NCBI GenBank assembly: GCA_045657105.1
Contig: JAZOSN010000021.1
Span: 3,655-67,654 of the forward strand
From: Eubacteriales bacterium
Lineage (GTDB): Bacteria; Bacillota; Clostridia; Oscillospirales; CAG-272
DNA length: 64,000 nucleotides
Reading direction: 5' to 3'
This document shows positions 62,832 to 64,000 of the stretch, piece by piece. The notes beneath the pieces are model-generated. The model searched no databases. It was given only the letters and a program-made list of their open reading frames with translations, and had not been told where the DNA came from. The translations under genes and the position numbers were made by a program. Every line of letters begins with the position of its first letter. Position 1 is the stretch's first letter.

Positions 62832-63464
62832 CTATCCCTGCGACACGATCGGTATTTTTCCGACTATCACAGATTCCGCAAGCAGAATATCACTCTCGCG
62901 TCTGAACGTGACAGATCCGGACATACATATCACCTGAACGTCTGACACCACGGTCATACTGATACGGTGCAGAGTCTGGTTTATACCCGCCTCGTGCATT
63001 TCACTGCTTATCTTGGCGGACACCGAAACGTAAGGAACGGCTCTCACGTTTATACGCGCACCCTTCCCCGAAAAGTATTTCGGAGCTATCACGTTCCCGA
63101 GCGGAACCGAGATCATAACGTATTTCTCGTCCTCTACCGTTTCGTTTATACGCGAAACGACGTCGGCGCACATAACACTGATCGTCGCAGTATTCGCGCT
63201 CAGTGAAGCGATGCTTCCGTCTGACGAGGATACCTTCGTGCAAAAATCGCTCCAAGTATAGCCATTCTCTTCAAGCTCACATCTGACCGCATCGGCAACG
63301 AGCTCTTCGAGCCAACCTCCGACGACGTTTTCGATCGCACCGACCGCGATAGGCTCGGCTTTTCGGTAGATCCCCATAGTTGACACGCCGACTATGACAA
63401 GGATCAAAACAAAGGACACGACTCTGAAAACAAACCTTGGACTGCGCCGCCTTTTCGTTATCAT
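62832..63464 (-). CDS. yunB: sporulation protein YunB
   Basis: Basic N-terminus plus a TM segment (MITKRRRSPRFVFRVVSFVLILVIV), then ..ISVPLGNVIAPKYFSGKGARINVRAVPYVSVSAKISSEMHEAGINQTLHRI... The start is uncertain; the track ORF begins at TTG 63539. Confidence 0.7.
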   Translation of the reverse strand: MITKRRRSPRFVFRVVSFVLILVIVGVSTMGIYRKAEPIAVGAIENVVGGWLEELVADAVRCELEENGYTWSDFCTKVSSSDGSIASLSANTATISVMCADVVSRINETVEDEKYVMISVPLGNVIAPKYFSGKGARINVRAVPYVSVSAKISSEMHEAGINQTLHRISMTVVSDVQVICMSGSVTFRRESDILLAESVIVGKIPIVSQG

Positions 63465-63695
63465 TCTACCGATATTTTTCCTGAAATTGAGGATCTTCCC
63501 CTCGCGCTCTGCAAAAAACTTAATTTTTATCCCCTCCAACAGTTTTTCCTTTTCTACATTTATATTCAGCAGGGCTTGGTCAAAAGCACAAAAACAATTA
63601 TTTTTCTAAGATATGCAAAAATCGCGCCGAAAAGCACGATTTCTATAAAATCCATTTTAAAGGTCCGACAAAGTCGGAAAGAAAGGACACACTAT

Positions 63696-64000
63696 ATGCA
63701 GCAAGATATGATTCTTATCATCGACCTTGGAAGTGAAGAAAACGCATCTCTGGCAAGAGAGATCCGCGCGCTCGGCGTTTATTCCGAGATACACCCTCAC
63801 GACATCACGAAAGAAGCTCTTAACGCTCTTCCTAACGTAAAGGGTATAATTTTAAACGGCGGAGCAAATCGCGTCGTTGACGGCGTGGAGATCGACGCCT
63901 CCGAGGCAATATACTCTTCGGGTATCCCTACGGTCGCATTTGACCATAAGGGCGCAGAAAAGCTCCCCGAAAACGAGGACGAAAGAAAGAAGATTCTCTC
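63696..64000 (+). CDS. GMP-synthase-like class I glutamine amidotransferase domain protein (5' part only; runs off the window)
   Basis: ATG 63696. MILIIDLGSEENASLAREIRALGVYSEIHPHDIT....KGIILNGGANRV parallels the GuaA N-terminus. The nucleophile elbow (G-I-C-Y-G) position reads TVAFDHKG, so there is no Cys. Confidence 0.5.
   Translation, partial: MQQDMILIIDLGSEENASLAREIRALGVYSEIHPHDITKEALNALPNVKGIILNGGANRVVDGVEIDASEAIYSSGIPTVAFDHKGAEKLPENEDERKKIL

Noticed and set aside
1-64000. Search for mobile elements, prophage, rRNA/tRNA genes and CRISPR-Cas
   Set aside because: I saw no transposase, integrase, phage structural gene, tRNA cloverleaf signature or rRNA-like stretch on either strand. The only mobility hints are the 35-bp direct repeats at 2549/3118 and the AT-rich islets.

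Overview
This is a 64-kb chromosomal window with no rRNA, tRNA, CRISPR array, transposase or integrase that I can see. Gene content points to a spore-forming, cellulosome-type member of the Clostridia, probably Oscillospiraceae/Ruminococcaceae-like. The supporting markers are a type-I dockerin, a Cthe_2159-type beta-helix lipoprotein, BspA-type LRR proteins, CotF, YunB, a CIRCE operator and ThyX. I call about 50 protein genes. Housekeeping blocks: glnN (type III GS); aroF-aroA; mrnC; thyX; proS; trkH-trkA-pepD; rpmG-secE-nusG-rplK-rplA; cdaA-cdaR; recJ-relA; hsp20; ogg; yunB. Accessory or unusual content: (1) An 11.5-kb gene (10035-21500, minus strand) encodes a 3821-aa secreted protein. It has three paralogous Pmp-type beta-helix modules, a PLD-like two-HKD domain, Cys-motif knuckles, four LamG-like repeats and a C-terminal SGNH hydrolase. 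Upstream lie a GT4 glycosyltransferase, a Cthe_2159-like lipoprotein and an HtrA-type protease with a collagen-like stalk. (2) A visibly AT-rich two-gene islet (58617-59835) encodes a protein with UDG-fold-like motifs, translationally coupled to a 4-TM protein. I flag it as a candidate defence-type cassette. (3) A Phe/Tyr-rich leader-peptide attenuator sits in front of aroF-aroA. (4) An AraC-controlled divergent 8-gene locus combines GDPD, a GPH/MFS transporter, a HAD-IIA phosphatase, two Gfo/Idh/MocA oxidoreductases and two xylose-isomerase-like TIM barrels. (5) An AbrB/XRE mini-cassette is bracketed by perfect 35-bp direct repeats. (6) An orphan barstar-like gene lies next to a decayed RNase remnant. 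(7) A small family of palindromic intergenic repeats is present. Three genes under 60 aa are missing from the ORF track and were found by hand: rpmG, the AbrB-like gene and the leader peptide. Many long ORFs in the track are antisense shadows of real genes and are rejected. All functional calls rest on motif recognition by eye, not on database searches.
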